This document shows positions 11,001 through 27,236 of a stretch of 64,000 nt of DNA, piece by piece. How positions within the stretch are numbered: position 1 is the first letter of the stretch; every line of letters starts with the position of its first letter. The DNA lies in assembly GCA_950097015.1 (NCBI GenBank), contig CATNEN010000012.1, positions 310,001 to 374,000 on the forward strand. The letters run 5' to 3'. The position numbers and the translations under genes were made by a program. Below the pieces are notes generated by a model. The model was not told where the DNA came from. It did no database searches and saw only the letters and a list, made by a program, of their open reading frames with translations. The DNA is from Macrostomum hystrix. Lineage: Eukaryota; Animalia; Platyhelminthes.

Positions 11001-13741
11001 TTCAGGCTTGATAATCCATAACCTGTGCCCTTCAGATCTTCAGGCTTGATAATCCATAACCTGTGCCCTTCAGATCTTCAGGCTCGATAATCCATAAACT
11101 GTGCCCTTCAGATCTTCAGGCTCGATAATCCATAACCTGTGCCCTTCAGATCTTCAGGCTCGATAATCCATAACCTGTTCCCTTCAGATCTTCAGGCTCG
11201 ATAATCCATAACCTGTGCCCTTCAGATCTTCAGGATCGATAATCCATAAACTGTGCCCTTCAGATCTTCAGGCTCGATAATCCATAACCTGTGCCCTTCA
11301 GATCTTCAGGCTCGATAATCCATAACCTGTGACCTTCAGATCTTCAGGCTCGATAATCCATAACCTGTGACCTTCAGATCTTCAGGCTCGATAATCCATA
11401 ACCTGTTCCCTTCAGATCTTCAGGCTCGATAATCCATAAACTGTGCCCTTCAGATCTTCAGGCTCGATAATCCATCTATCATTTTGGCTATTAGTGTCTA
11501 GGCCAATTAATCTAAATCTATATTATCCTTGCCTCCCTCGTCCAGCTATGACATGGAGGACGCGATGGTCATCAACAAGGGGGCCTACGATCGCGGCCTG
11601 GCAGACGCTTGCATCTACAAATCCCAGATTATCGACCTCAGCAAGGTAGAAGGCGGTGGCGGCGGTCGGCGTCAGCAGCCGCAGTCTGGCAGTTCGGCCG
11701 CATCAACAGCGCCCGCCTGTCCGCTGCGCTTCGGTGTTTTCGGCCCCGAGCCGCCATCGCCAGGGATTGACGCCGACGGCTTTCCGCCGATTGGCACGCC
11801 TTTGCTACCTGGCGATCCTATCTATTGCTACTACAGGTAACTGCCAATCTAGACTATTGTCACTTCACTTTACTCCGCAAGTGTCACTCTAGATGTCTTT
11901 CACTCAACTTTCACTCACTGAGACACTCCACAGGTGTCTCATTCTAGACGTCTCACTCTACAGGTGTCACTCTGGTGCACTGCTGGTCCACAGGTGTCAC
12001 TCTAGGTGTCTTTCCCTCCCCAGGTGTCACTCTAGGTGTCTTTCACTCCACAGGTGTCACTCTAGATGTCTTTCACTCCACAGGTGTCACTCTAGATGTC
12101 TTTCACTCCACAGGTGTCACTCTAGATGTCTTTCACTCCACAAGTGTCACTCTAGATGTCTTTCACTCCACAGGTGTCACTCTAGGTGTCTTTCTCTCCA
12201 CAAGTGTCACTCTAGATGTCTTTCACTCCACAGGTGTCACTCTAGATGTCTTTCACTCCACAGGTGTCACTCTAGGTGTCTTTCACTCCACAGGTGTCGC
12301 TCTAGGTGTCTTTCACTCCACAGGTGTCGCTCTAGATGTCTTTCACTCCACAGGTGTCACTCTAGGTGTCTTTCACTCCACAGGTGTCACTCTAGGTGTC
12401 TTTCACTCCACAGGTGTCGCTCTAGATGTCTTTCACTCCACAGGTGTCGCTCTAGATGTCTTTCACTCCACAGGTGTCGCTCTAGATGTCTTTCACTCCA
12501 CAGGTGTCGCTCTAGATGTCTTTCACTCTCTATGGCATGGTATATCCCTACCCACCTGCACTCCGCAGCGATGAGACTCGGCATCACACAGTAGTCCGCT
12601 ACAAAGGCGATCCCGGCTACCTGGACTGCATCAGCATGGCCGGCCAGCCGCACCGGGCCACCCTGACTGTCCGCCTGCCGCGCCGGCCAGACATCGGAGA
12701 CAAGTTCAGCTCTCGCCACGGCCAGAAGGGCGTCAACAGTCTGCTGCTGCCGGCCGAGGATATGCCCTTCACGCCTAGTGGCATTGTGCCGGACATCATA
12801 TTCAATCCGCACGGCTTCCCGTCTCGTATGACCGTCGGCATGATGATAGAATTCTTAGCCGGCAAAGCGGCCGCCTTGACCGGCGACAGCGTCGATGCCA
12901 CCGCGTTTCAACGCGACGGCGAGGTTGACTCGCCTCTGTTTGAAGACTACGCCGCTGTGCTGCAGAAGCACGGCTTCGATCGCTGGTGCACTGAGCCGAT
13001 GTACTGCGGCATGACTGGCCGATTGTTAGAGGCCCAAATCTTTGTTGGCATGGTCTATTATCAGCGGCTGCGCCACATGGTGGCCGACAAGTTTCAGGCG
13101 AGTCAATCTTTAGTCACACAATCTTTGAACTGGACATTTGCCTGTTCTCTGTCACTAAACTGCTATTTCACCTGTTCTCTGTCACTAAACTGCTATTTCA
13201 CCTGTTCTCTGTCACTAAACTGCTATTTCACCTGTTCTCTGTCACTAAACTGCTATTTCACCTGCTCTCTGTCACTTAATCAGCCTCTCACCTGTTCACA
13301 GTTAATCATTCCCACCGTTTGCAGGTGCGATCCACCGGTCCCATAGACAACACCTTTCGTCAGCCGGCCAAGGGTCGCAAAATAGGCGGCGGAGTTCGCC
13401 TTGGCGAGATGGAGCGCGACTCTCTGATCTCGCACGGCGCCGCCTACGTCATCCAGGATCGCCTTGTCGACTGCTCGGACGGCGCATTTGTTCGAGTCTG
13501 CTCAGCCTGCGGCAGTCTGCTGACGCCCGTGTTTGCCCCAGTTGGCGCCAACGACGGCGCCGATGAGGACGGCTGGGTGTGCGGCTCCTGCGTTGGAGAA
13601 GAGAAAAAGCAACAGGATGAAGTCGGCTGCGGCAGTCAGGGCATTGTGACGGTACGGGTTGGCCACGTGTGGCGCTACCTTTGCTCCGAGCTGGCTGGCC
13701 AGGGTATTCGGATTATTATGGACGTCAAAGCCAAGCAGTGA
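5014..13741 (+). CDS. POLR1B: DNA-directed RNA polymerase I second-largest subunit (RPA2/RPA135). Exons 5014-5139, 5891-6314, 7688-7971, 8060-8282, 9029-9646, 10136-10659, 11546-11836, 12569-13097, 13325-13741
   Basis: Motifs [115 protein letters not shown] and a C-terminal zinc ribbon. All 8 intron phases match. Summed exons are 3436 nt, or 1145 codons after removing one extra G at 6088-6090. Confidence 0.96.
5434..5796 (+). mobile_element. tRNA-derived SINE family 1, full-length copy with 14-bp TSD
   Basis: A box TGGCAGAGCGG, B box GAGTTCGATTCC, (ATT)n tail; TTAAATCGTCCCTA duplicated at 5420-5433 and 5797-5810. Confidence 0.9.
6386..6712 (-). mobile_element. SINE family 1 copy 2 (inverted relative to copy 1)
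   Basis: Reverse complement of 5434-5796 including the tRNA head and the CTGCCTGACGATGAGAAAGTCAGGGCAG hairpin. Confidence 0.88.
6780..7345. mobile_element. TTAA-MITE family, degenerate copy 2
   Basis: Reverse complement similarity to 1746-2301 over most of its length; terminal repeats eroded. Confidence 0.75.
8325..8965. repeat. 28-bp minisatellite in POLR1B intron 4 (GGTGAGATTTCAGGGCAGCTCTCTCAGG)
   Basis: Direct repeats with CTCAGG/TTATG variants. Confidence 0.95.
9700..10110. repeat. About 28-bp C/A-rich minisatellite in POLR1B intron 5 (ATCAACAGCACCCACCCCAACCTCCGTA)
   Basis: Direct repeats; explains the spurious tail of ORF 9029. Confidence 0.93.
10770..11476. repeat. 38-bp minisatellite in POLR1B intron 6 (CTTCAGATCTTCAGGCTTGATAATCCATAACCTGTGCC)
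   Basis: About 18 direct repeats. Confidence 0.96.
11880..12530. repeat. 30-bp minisatellite in POLR1B intron 7 (GGTGTCACTCTAGATGTCTTTCACTCCACA)
   Basis: About 20 direct repeats; most junctions read CACAG|GTGT. Confidence 0.96.
13138..13275. repeat. 30-bp minisatellite in POLR1B intron 8 (CCTGTTCTCTGTCACTAAACTGCTATTTCA)
   Basis: About 4.5 direct repeats. Confidence 0.93.
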
Positions 13742-13904
13742 CTCACTTCTTTTGTGGTGGTTGGACTGGGAATTCTCGTTGCCCCCTTTAGTTAACTAAA
13801 GCAACTGGATTTCTGTTTGCTAGTGATCACCTGATCGCTTACACTGCGACAATAATTTAAGCGTCTGGCGAATGAGTTATCCATTTGTCCATGAGTTATC
13901 GTCC

Positions 13905-15385
13905 AGGATGCCCATTTCTCCCTGAGATCTGTCACTCCAGGATGCCCATTTCTCCCTGAGATCTGTCACTCCAGGATGCCCATTTCTCCATGAGATCTGT
14001 CACTCCTGGATGCCCATTTCTCCATGAGATTTGTCACTCCAGGATGCCCATTTCTCCCTGAGATCTGTCACTCCTGGATGCCCATTTCTCCCTGAGATCT
14101 GTCACTCCAGGATGCCCATTTCTCCATGAGATCTGTCACTCCTGGATGCCCATTTCTCCCTGAGATCTGTCACTCCTGGATGCCCATTTCTCCCTAAGAT
14201 CTGTCACTCCTGGATGCCCATTTCTCCCTGAGATCTGTCACTCCTGGATGCCTATTTCTACCTGCGATCTGTCACTTCTGGATGCCCATTTCTCCCTGAG
14301 ATGTTACTCCAGGATGCCCATTTCTCCCTGAGATCTTTCACTCCTGGATGCCCATTTCTCCCTGAGATTTGTCACTCCTGGATGCCCATTTCTCCCTGAG
14401 ATTCGTCACTCCTGGATGCCCATTTCTCCCTGAGATTCGTCACTCCTGGATGCCCATTTCTCCCTGAGATCTGTCACTCCTGGAAGCCCATTTCTCGCTG
14501 AGATCTGTCACTCCAGGATGCCCATTTCTCCCTGAGATCTGTCACTCCCGGATGCCCATTTCTCCCTGAGATCTGTCACTCCTGTATGCCCATTTCTCGC
14601 TGAGATCTGCACTCCTGGATGCCCATTTCTCCCTGAGATCTGTCACTCCTGGAAGCCCATTTCTCGCTGAGATCTGTCACTCCAGGATGCCCATTTCTCC
14701 TTGAGATCTGTCACTCCTGGATGCCCATTTCTCGCTGAGATCTGTCACTCCTGGAAGCCCATTTCTCGCTGAGATCTGTCACTCCAGGATGCCCATTTCT
14801 CCTTGAGATCTGTCACTCCTGGATGTCTATTTCTCCCTGAGATCTGTCACTCCTGGATGCCGATTTCTCCCTGAGATCTGTCACTCCTGTATGCCCATTT
14901 CTCGCTGAGATCTGTCACTCCTGGAAGCCCATTTCTCGCTGAGATCTGTCACTCCTGGATGCCCATTTCTCGCTGAGATCTGTCACTCCTGGATGCCCAT
15001 TTCTCCCCTGAGATCTGCCACTCCTGGATGCCCATTTCTCCCCTGAGATCTGTCACTCCTGGATGCCCATTTCTCCCTGAGATCTGTCACTCCTGTATGC
15101 CCATTTCTCGCTGAGATCTGTCACTCCTGGAAGCCCATTTCTCGCTGAGATCTGTCACTCCAGGATGCCCATTTCTCCTTGAGATCTGTCACCCTAGGAT
15201 GCCCATTTCTCCCTGAGATCTGTCACCCTAGGATGCCCATTTCCCCCTGAGATCTGTCACTCCAGGATGCCCATTTCTCCCTGAGATCTGTCACTCCAGG
15301 ATGCCCATTTCTCCATGAGATCTGTCACTCCTGTATGCCCATTTCTCGCTGAGATCTGTCACTCCTGGATGTCTATTTCTCTTGA
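13905..15385. repeat. 34-bp minisatellite downstream of POLR1B (GATGCCCATTTCTCCCTGAGATCTGTCACTCCTG)
   Basis: More than 40 direct repeats; AATAAA follows at 15454-15459. Confidence 0.96.
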
Positions 15386-16034
15386 CATAACTAAGGTTTT
15401 ATTTTCAAAATCATGTTTTCGCTGACTAATGTTAAACTGTTATTTATTAATCAAATAAACTGTTCTAGATCTAGAAGTCCCATCGCAAATTACAATGACG
15501 CGTGCATTTCAGCAGTTCTCTCAGCTCAGTCAGCTGTCGGCATTTTTGCGATCACCATTTCTTGTCGTTGCCTTCTCTACCCAATTTAAATACTCGTTGA
15601 TTGTCTAATTATGACCACTAGTGCTGGCCAGTTGATGCACAGAATTCATTTAACTACAGAATTGGCGCTTTTTAAAACTAAACTAATTGCTGAAAGAGAG
15701 CAAACTAAATTACACTGTGGCCAAAACTAAATAATTTTGCCATACTTATTTTGGAAAATTTAGTCTCGCTTTCTGTGTTCTTCTTATTTCATTTAAGTTG
15801 TCATTAAAATCGTGAATTGCCATTTTTATGTCCCACCTTGAAATCAATCAAATCCTAGCGTTAGTCGCCTTAAATTAGTTCCTGAGATTTCCCTCTAGAT
15901 GATTCTCCAAGAAAACCCGGGACTTCCTTCGATAGAGTTTTCCTTTAGATCTTCAGATTTCCGTCTACAGGGCTTCCTTTAAAATTGCTAAATTATTATC
16001 TAGATGGGTTTTTTACTTCGCATTACTTCTATGC

Positions 16035-16875
16035 GATTCTCTCTAAAAGCTTGGGATTTCCCTCTAGACGGTTCTCTTCGAAAGCTTGGGATTTCCATCC
16101 AGACGTTTCTCTTCAAAAGCCTGGGATTTGCCTCTAGACGCTTCTCTTCAAAAGCCTGGGATTCCCATCCAGACGGTACACTTCAAAAGTCTGGGATTTC
16201 CCTATAGACAGTTCTCTTCAAAAGCTTGGGATTTCCCTCCAGACGGTTCTCTTCAAAAGCTTGGGATTTCCCTCTAGACGTTTCTCTTCAAAAGCCTGGG
16301 ATTTGCCTCTAGACGCTTCTCTTCAAAAGCCTGGGATTCCCATCCAGACGGTACACTTCAAAAGTCTGGGATTTCCCTATAGACAGTTCTCTTCAAAAGC
16401 TTGGGATTTCCCTCCAGACGGTTCTCTTCAAAAGCTTGGGATTTCCCTCTAGACGGTTCTCTTCAAAAGCTTGGGATTTCCCTCCAGACGGTTCTCTTTA
16501 AAAGCTTGGGATTTCCCTCCAGACGGTTCTCTTTGAAAGCTTGGGATTTCCCTCCAGACGGTTCTCTTTAAAAGCTTGGGATTTCCATCCAGACTTTTCT
16601 CTTCAAAAGCCTGGGATTTGCCTCTAGACGGTTCTCTTCAAAAGCCTGGGATTTGCCTCTAGACGGTTCTCTTCAAAAGCCTGGGATTTGCCTATAGAGG
16701 GTTCTCTTCAAAAGTCTGGTATTTCCCTCTAGACGTTTCTCTTCAAAAGCCTGGGGTTTCCCTATAGACGTTTCTCTTCAAAAGTCTGGGGTTTCCCTAT
16801 AGACGTTTCTCTTCAAAAGCCTGGGATTTCCCTCTAGACGTTTCTCTTCAAAAGCCTGGGATTTCCCTCTAGATG
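16035..16875. repeat. 35-bp minisatellite (GGGATTTCCCTCTAGACGGTTCTCTTCAAAAGCTT)
   Basis: About 24 direct repeats; reverse-complement relative of the 17310-20030 array. Confidence 0.95.
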
Positions 16876-16957
16876 GCTTAGATAATAAGGATTTTTAACA
16901 TGTTTTGCCTAGATAAACCAGTATAGAATTCGCGCAAGTTTTAACCGTCACTTGCAG

Positions 16958-17177
16958 GAATCCTCGTCAGCTGCCAGATCCCAGCAGTCGCCGAGACCTG
17001 AAGATAAGGCCAAGCCAGCCGTCTCTGATAGCCAAATCCCAACTAGTCGGCCTCTGGATCAGCAGACGGCGGCTTCGGCGTCCGCGTCTGCAGCCGACTT
17101 CGAGGAGCCCATGGATCAGGAAGATGAATACGACTGTGATGGGGCCGAGGATGAAATCGATATTCCTATAGTGCGGG
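16958..17177 (+). CDS. Isolated acidic low-complexity exon, probably the first coding exon of the DCAF8-like gene
   Basis: Acceptor CACTTGCAG| then open frame ESSSAARS..DIPIVR. Donor either GTGAGA at 17178 (phase 1) or GTGCGG at 17171 (phase 0); only the latter joins 20315 in frame. Confidence 0.5.
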
Positions 17178-17309
17178 GTGAGACTTTGATTTGTGCGAAC
17201 TTTTACCGATGCAACCACTAAGTCTTGCCAGGAAAAATAAAAGCCCCGTTGTAAGAAATTATGTAATTACAATTGAATCCCAACCTGGGACCAGGGAGGT
17301 AAACCAGGC

Positions 17310-20030
17310 AGAGGAGAGTCCCATAAATTTAAAGAGAACCCAACAGAGGAGAATCCCATGAATTATAATAGAATCCAGTATAGGAGAATCCCGTGAACTT
17401 TAAGGAACCCACTAGAGGGGAATCCTATGAATTTTAGAAAACCCAGTAGAGGGGAATCCCATGAATTTTAAGAGAACACAGTAAAGGGGAATCCTTAAGA
17501 GAACACATTAGACGGGAATAGGGGTGTTCGGGGTTCGGGGTCGGGTCGGGTTTCGGGTCGGGTTTTGGTACCGGGTTCGGGGTTCGGGGTTCGGGGGTAG
17601 GTGTCCGGGTCGGGTTCGAGGTTCGGGGTAGGGTGTTTGGGTTCGGGTTTCCGGGTCGGGTTTTGGCATCGGGTTCGGGGTTTCCGGATTTTTTAATATT
17701 ATTTCAGTTTTACTTAATTAGTATTGCCTTATTATGTGATAAAGCGTCTTTCAGAATCGCGCCAATTAAAAAAAAATTACCTCGTGAACTAAACTGGCGT
17801 ACGCATAATGCACTGCACTAAGGAAGGACTTAATAATCGTGATCCAGTAATCATTCTAATGTAAATATATCATTCAACGAATTTTCGGCCCTGCATTATA
17901 ATATTCCATAGTGAAAGGAATGATCTATTATATATCTGAAGTCTAAACTGCATTATGTCTTATGTATTTAATTATGTATTATTTTTACCTAGCCAGCTAG
18001 TTAAGTAGGTAATCCCACATCCAGGGTAACAGAGAACTTGTAGACCTTTACTAAACAGAGCAAATCATATTAATGATTATCTATTCTCTATATAGCAGGT
18101 TCGTTTACTGTCATCCATTCATTAAAGTTTTTTAGCGAATTATTTTTCTAGCATATAAGCTCTAGCCTTAGCCTTGCTTTTAGCCTTAGCTTATAATTTA
18201 TGTACGAGAGTACGACTGAGGAGTTAAGTAGTGTAGTCATAGTGGGAGAAGAGTTAACAATTGAAAAGTAGAAAGAGGAAAAGGCGGAATACTGGTATTT
18301 TAGGACAAGCATACTGTCCTCAACCATGACTCCAAGTCCAGGAGATAGTCGGGTTAAGTTCGGGGTCGGGTCGGGTTTTAAGTCCGGGTCGGGTTCCTGG
18401 TTCGGGGTCAGTGTACCGGGTTCGGGGTACCCCGAACCCGGAAAAATGGAAACCCGAACACCCCTAGACGGGAATCCCATAAGTTTTAGAGAACACAGTA
18501 GAGGAGAATCCCATGAATTTTAAGTGAACACAGTAGATGGGAATCGCATGAATTCAAAGAGAATCCTCTAGAGGGGAATCCCATGAATTTTAAGTGAACA
18601 CAGTAGATGGGAATCGCATGAATTCAAAGAGAATCCTCTAGAGGGGAATCCCATGAATTTTAAGTGAACACAGTAGATGGGAATCGCATGAATTTTAAGT
18701 GAACACAGTAGATGGGAATCGCATGAATTCAAAGAGAATCCTCTAGAGGGGAATCCCATGAATTTTAAGTGAACACAGTAGATGGGAATCGCATGAATTC
18801 AAAGAGAATCCGCTAGAGGGGAATCCCATGAATTTTAAGTGAACACAGTAGATGGGAATCGCATGAATTCAAAGAGAATCCTCTTGAGGGGAATCCCATG
18901 AATTTTAAGTGAACACAGTAGATGGGAATGCCATAAATTTTAGAGAACACAGTAGAGGAGAATCCCATGAATTTTAAGTGAACACAGTAGATGGGAATCG
19001 CATGAATTCAAAGAGAATCCTCTTGAGGGGAATCCCATGAATTTTAAGTGAACACAGTAGATGGGAATCCCATAAATTTTAGAGAACACAGTAGAGGAGA
19101 ATCCCATGAATTTTAAGTGAACACAGTAGATGGGAATCGCATGAATTCAAAGAGAATCCTCTAGAGGGGAATCCCATGAATTTTAAGTGAACACAGTAGA
19201 TGGGAATCGCATGAATTCAAAGAGAATCCTCTAGAGGGGAATCCCATGAATTTTAAGTGAACACAGTAGATGGGAATCGCATGAATTCAAAGAGAATCCT
19301 CTTGAGGGGAATCCCATGAATTTTAAGTGAACACAGTAGATGGGAATCCCATAAATTTTAGAGAACACAGTAGAGGAGAATCCCATGAATTTTAAGTGAA
19401 CACAGTAGATGGGAATCGCATGAATTCAAAGAGAATCCTCTAGAGGGGAATCCCATGAATTTTAAGTGAACACAGTAGATGGGAATCGCATGAATTCAAA
19501 GAGAATCCTCTAGAGGGGAATCCCATGAATTTTAAGTGAACACAGTAGATGGGAATCGCATGAATTCAAAGAGAATCCTCTAGAGGGGAATCCCATGAAT
19601 TTTAAGTGAACACAGTAGATGGGAATCGCATGAATTCAAAGAGAATCCTCTAGAGGGGAATCCCATGAATTTTAAGTGAACACAGTAGATGGGAATCGCA
19701 TGAATTCAAAGAGAATCCTCTAGAGGGGAATCCCATGAATTTTAAGTGAACACAGTAGATGGGAATCGCATGAATTCAAAGAGAATCCTCTTGAGGGGAA
19801 TCCCATGAATTTTAAGTGAACACAGTAGATGGGAATGCCATAAATTTTAGAGAACACAGTAGAGGAGAATCCCATGAATTTTAAGTGAACACAGTAGATG
19901 GGAATCGCATGAATTCAAAGAGAATCCTCTAGAGGGGAATCCCATGAATTTTAAGTGAACACAGTAGATGGGAATCGCATGAATTCAAAGAGAATCCTCT
20001 AGAGGGAAATCCCATGAATTTTAAGAGAAA
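17310..20030. repeat. 35-bp minisatellite with 70-bp higher-order dimer (CAGTAGATGGGAATCGCATGAATTCAAAGAGAATCCTCTAGAGGGGAATCCCATGAATTTTAAGTGAACA), interrupted by a MITE
   Basis: Degenerate units at 17310-17518, homogeneous dimers at 18475-20030. Confidence 0.94.
17519..18466. mobile_element. hAT-type MITE (948 bp) with 8-bp TSD
   Basis: Terminal repeats TAGGGGTGTTCGGGT / ACCCGAACACCCCTA; GACGGGAA duplicated at 17511-17518 and 18467-18474; subterminal GGGTTCGG/CGGGTC arrays; no transposase ORF. Confidence 0.92.
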
Positions 20031-20314
20031 AAACCGTGTAAAGGAGAATCAAAATGACTACAAGGATGGCCTAGTGTCTAGCCTAGCAGAAGGTAATTCC
20101 TATGCTATAATTATAAGTGATCGTTTTTTATCCTTTCAGATCCTAGCAGAAGATTATGTAAAGTGTCATGAAATGAAAGCTAAAATAATTTTTCTCTTGA
20201 AGCGGAAATTAAAATCCCAAGATGGATAATGCCTTCCATTCTCCCAACTTTATTAGATTTTTAAAAGTGCATTACCTGTCTTCATCGTTGTTTATCACTG
20301 ACCGCATCCCTAAG

Positions 20315-23976
<3,662 letters not shown>

Positions 23977-24289
23977 TGTGTGACCGGTTTCTCAATTCAA
24001 GTACTTAAATATTTCGTCGCATCGTCTTCTCTGTATAAAAAAAGAATTACCATATTTTTGCCGACTATCAGTTTTACTTTAAAATGCATTCACTTTGCTG
24101 TTCACTAATTGAAACAAGTTGCACATAAATTCAGCAGTTTATCTGCCTTTCTTCGAGTCATGTGCTGCGATTTTTAGTATTTTGTTTTAAAAACTCTAGT
24201 GAACTGTTTAGTATATTCTCCTTTTCCCAACATATGTTTCATCTTGAATTTTTTACGATTATAAATAAATAACAGCCCCCTCTGACAAT

Positions 24290-25355
24290 CAGATCGCAGC
24301 TGCCCTAGCTTAATAGTCTCAGTCAACCAATCATATCGCAGATGCCCCAGCTTGATCATTTCAGTTAACCAATCAGATCAAAGCTGCCTCAGCCTGATAA
24401 TTTCAGTCAACCAATCAGATCACAGCTGCCCCAGCTTGATAATTTCAGTCAACCAATCAGATCACAGCTGCGGCGAGCTGCCCCAGCTTGATAATTTCGG
24501 TTAACCAATCATATCGCAGATGCCCCAGCTTGATAATTTCAGTCAACCAATCAGATCACTTCTGCCCCAGCTTGATAATTTCGGTTAACCAATCATATCG
24601 CAGATGCCCCAGCTTGATAATTTCAGTCAACCAATCAGATCACAGCTGCCCCAGCTTGATAATTTCAGTTAACCAATCATATCGCAGATGCCCCAGCTTG
24701 ATAATTTCATTCAACCAATTAGATCACAGCTGCCCCAGCTTGATTATTTCAGTCAACCAATCAGATCACTTCTGCCCCAGCTTGATAATTTCGGTTAACC
24801 AATCATATCGCAGATGCCCCAGCTTGATAATTTCATTCAACCAATTAGATCACAGCTGCCCCAGCTTGATTATTTCAGTCAACCAATCAGATCACTTCTG
24901 CCCCAGCTTGATAATTTCGGTTAACCAATCATATCGCAGATGCCCCAGCTTGATAATTTCAGTCAACCAATCAGATCACTTCTGCCCGAGCTTGATAATT
25001 TCGGTTAACCAATCATATCGCAGATGCCCCAGCTTGATAATTTCAGTCAACCAATCAGATCACTTCTGCCCGAGCTTGATAATTTCGGTTAACCAATCAT
25101 ATCGCAGATGCCCCAGCTTGATAATTTCGTCAACCAATCAGATCCCAGCTGCCCCAGCTTGATAATTTCAGTTAACCAATCATATCGCAGATGCCCCAGC
25201 TTGATAATTTCATTTAACCAATCAGATCACAGCTGCCCCAGCTTGATAATTTCAGTCAACCAATCAGATCACAGCTGCCCCAGCTTGATCATTTCAGTCA
25301 ACCAATCAGATCACAGCTGCCCCAGCTTGATAATTTCAGTCAACCAATCAGATCG
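24290..25355. repeat. 42-bp minisatellite (CAGCTTGATAATTTCAGTCAACCAATCAGATCACAGCTGCCC)
   Basis: Direct repeats with alternating variants; explains the SLIISVNQ ORFs. Confidence 0.95.
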
Positions 25356-25809
25356 CTGGTGATCCAGTTTTATAATTATATCTGTTTGAGCTCTCTTAAC
25401 GTGGTAAGGCTAAGCTTTCTGAATTTTCGCAAAAATTGTGGTTTGTTAAAAATTCTGTATCGATTGCTTTGATATTATTATAAAATCGTTGTAGAAATAA
25501 ATTAGAACGAATGCTTTTGATGCAATCATTTTTTAGACCAATCTGTATTACCAAAAAGTTTTTCTAGCGAGCACGATAAATATATCACAGCAATGTTATG
25601 GAATGGTATATTATTATAAAAAAATCTGTTACTAGTTGGACTGTGGCTTCAGGCTTCAGGCTAGAATATATTTGCCTAGAATGCACTAATCAAGTGGTTA
25701 ATTACCTATTTCGATCTGTGTTTTAGCCTCGTGTTGGGCTTTTCATTTATTTTATTTTTCGCTGCAAACATTTTCCAAGAATGTATCACACTTCACTTCG
25801 ATTGAACCA

Positions 25810-27236
25810 TCAATCTTCCCAGATCCTCAGTTTGGGCAGCCAACATTCCCAGATCCTCAGTTTGGGCAGCCAATATTCCCAGATCCTCAGTTTGAGCAGC
25901 CAACATTCCCAGATCCTCAGTTTGGGCAGCCTATACTCCCAAATCCTCAGTTTGAGCAGCCAGCATTCCCAGATCCTCAGTTTGGGCAGCCAATATTCCC
26001 AGATCCTCAGTTTGAGCAGCCAACATTCCCAGATCCTCAGTTTGGGCAGCCAACATTCCCAGACCCTCACTTTGGGCAGCCAACATTCCCAAATGCTCAG
26101 TTTGGGCAGCCAACATTCCCAGATGCTCAGTTTGAGCAGCCAACATTCCCAGATCCTCAGTTTGGGCAGCCTATATTCCCAGATCCTCATACTGAGCAGC
26201 CAATATTCCCAGATGCTCAGTTTGGGCAGCCAATATTCCCAGATCCTCAGTTTGGGCAGCCAATATTCCCAGATGCTCAGTTTGGGCAGCCAATATTCCC
26301 AGATCCTCAGTTTGGGCAGCCAATATTCCCAGATCCTCAGTTTGGGCAGCCAATATTCCCAGATCCTCAGTTTGGGCAGCCAACATTCCCAGACCCTCAG
26401 TTTGGGCAGCCTATATTCCCAGATCCTCAGTTTGGGCAGCCAATATTCCCAGATCCTCAGTTTGAGCAGCCAATATTCCCAGATGCTCAGTTTGGGCAGC
26501 CAATATTCCCAGATCCTCAGTTTGGGCAGCCAATATTCCCAGATCCTCAGTTTGAGCAGCCAATATTCCCAGATCCTCAGTTTGAGCAGCCAACATTCCC
26601 AGATCCTCAGTTTGGGCAGCCAATATTCCCAGATCCTCAGTTTGGGCAGCCAACATTCCCAGATGCTCAGTTTGGGCAGCCTATATTCCCAGATGCTCAG
26701 TTTGGGCAGCCTATATTCCCAGATCCTCAGTTTGGGCAGCCAACATTCCCAAATGCTCAGTTTGGGCAGCCAACATTCCCAGATGCTCAGTTTGAGCAGC
26801 CAACATTCCCAGATCCTCAGTTTGGGCAGCCTATATTCCCAGACCCTCAGTTTGGGCAGCCAACATTCCCAGATCCTCAGTTTGGGCAGCCAATATTCCC
26901 AGATCCTCAGTTTGGGCAGCCAACATTCCCAGATCCTCAGTTTGAGCAGCCAACATTCCCAGATGCTCAGTTTGGGCAGCCTATATTCCCAGATCCTCAG
27001 TGGGCAGCCAACATTCCCAAATGCTCAGTTTGGGCAGCCAACATTCCCAGATGCTCAGTTTGAGCAGCCAACATTCCCAGATCCTCAGTTTGGGCAGCCT
27101 ATATTCCCAGATCCTCATACTGAGCAGCCAACATTCCCAGATGCTCAGTTTGGGCAGCCAATATTCCCAGATCCTCAGTTTGGGCAGCCAATATTCCCAG
27201 ACCCTCATACTGAGCAGCCAATATTCCCAGATGCTT
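25810..27236. repeat. 30-bp minisatellite (TTCCCAGATCCTCAGTTTGGGCAGCCAATA)
   Basis: About 47 direct repeats; explains the 485-aa periodic ORF. Confidence 0.96.
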
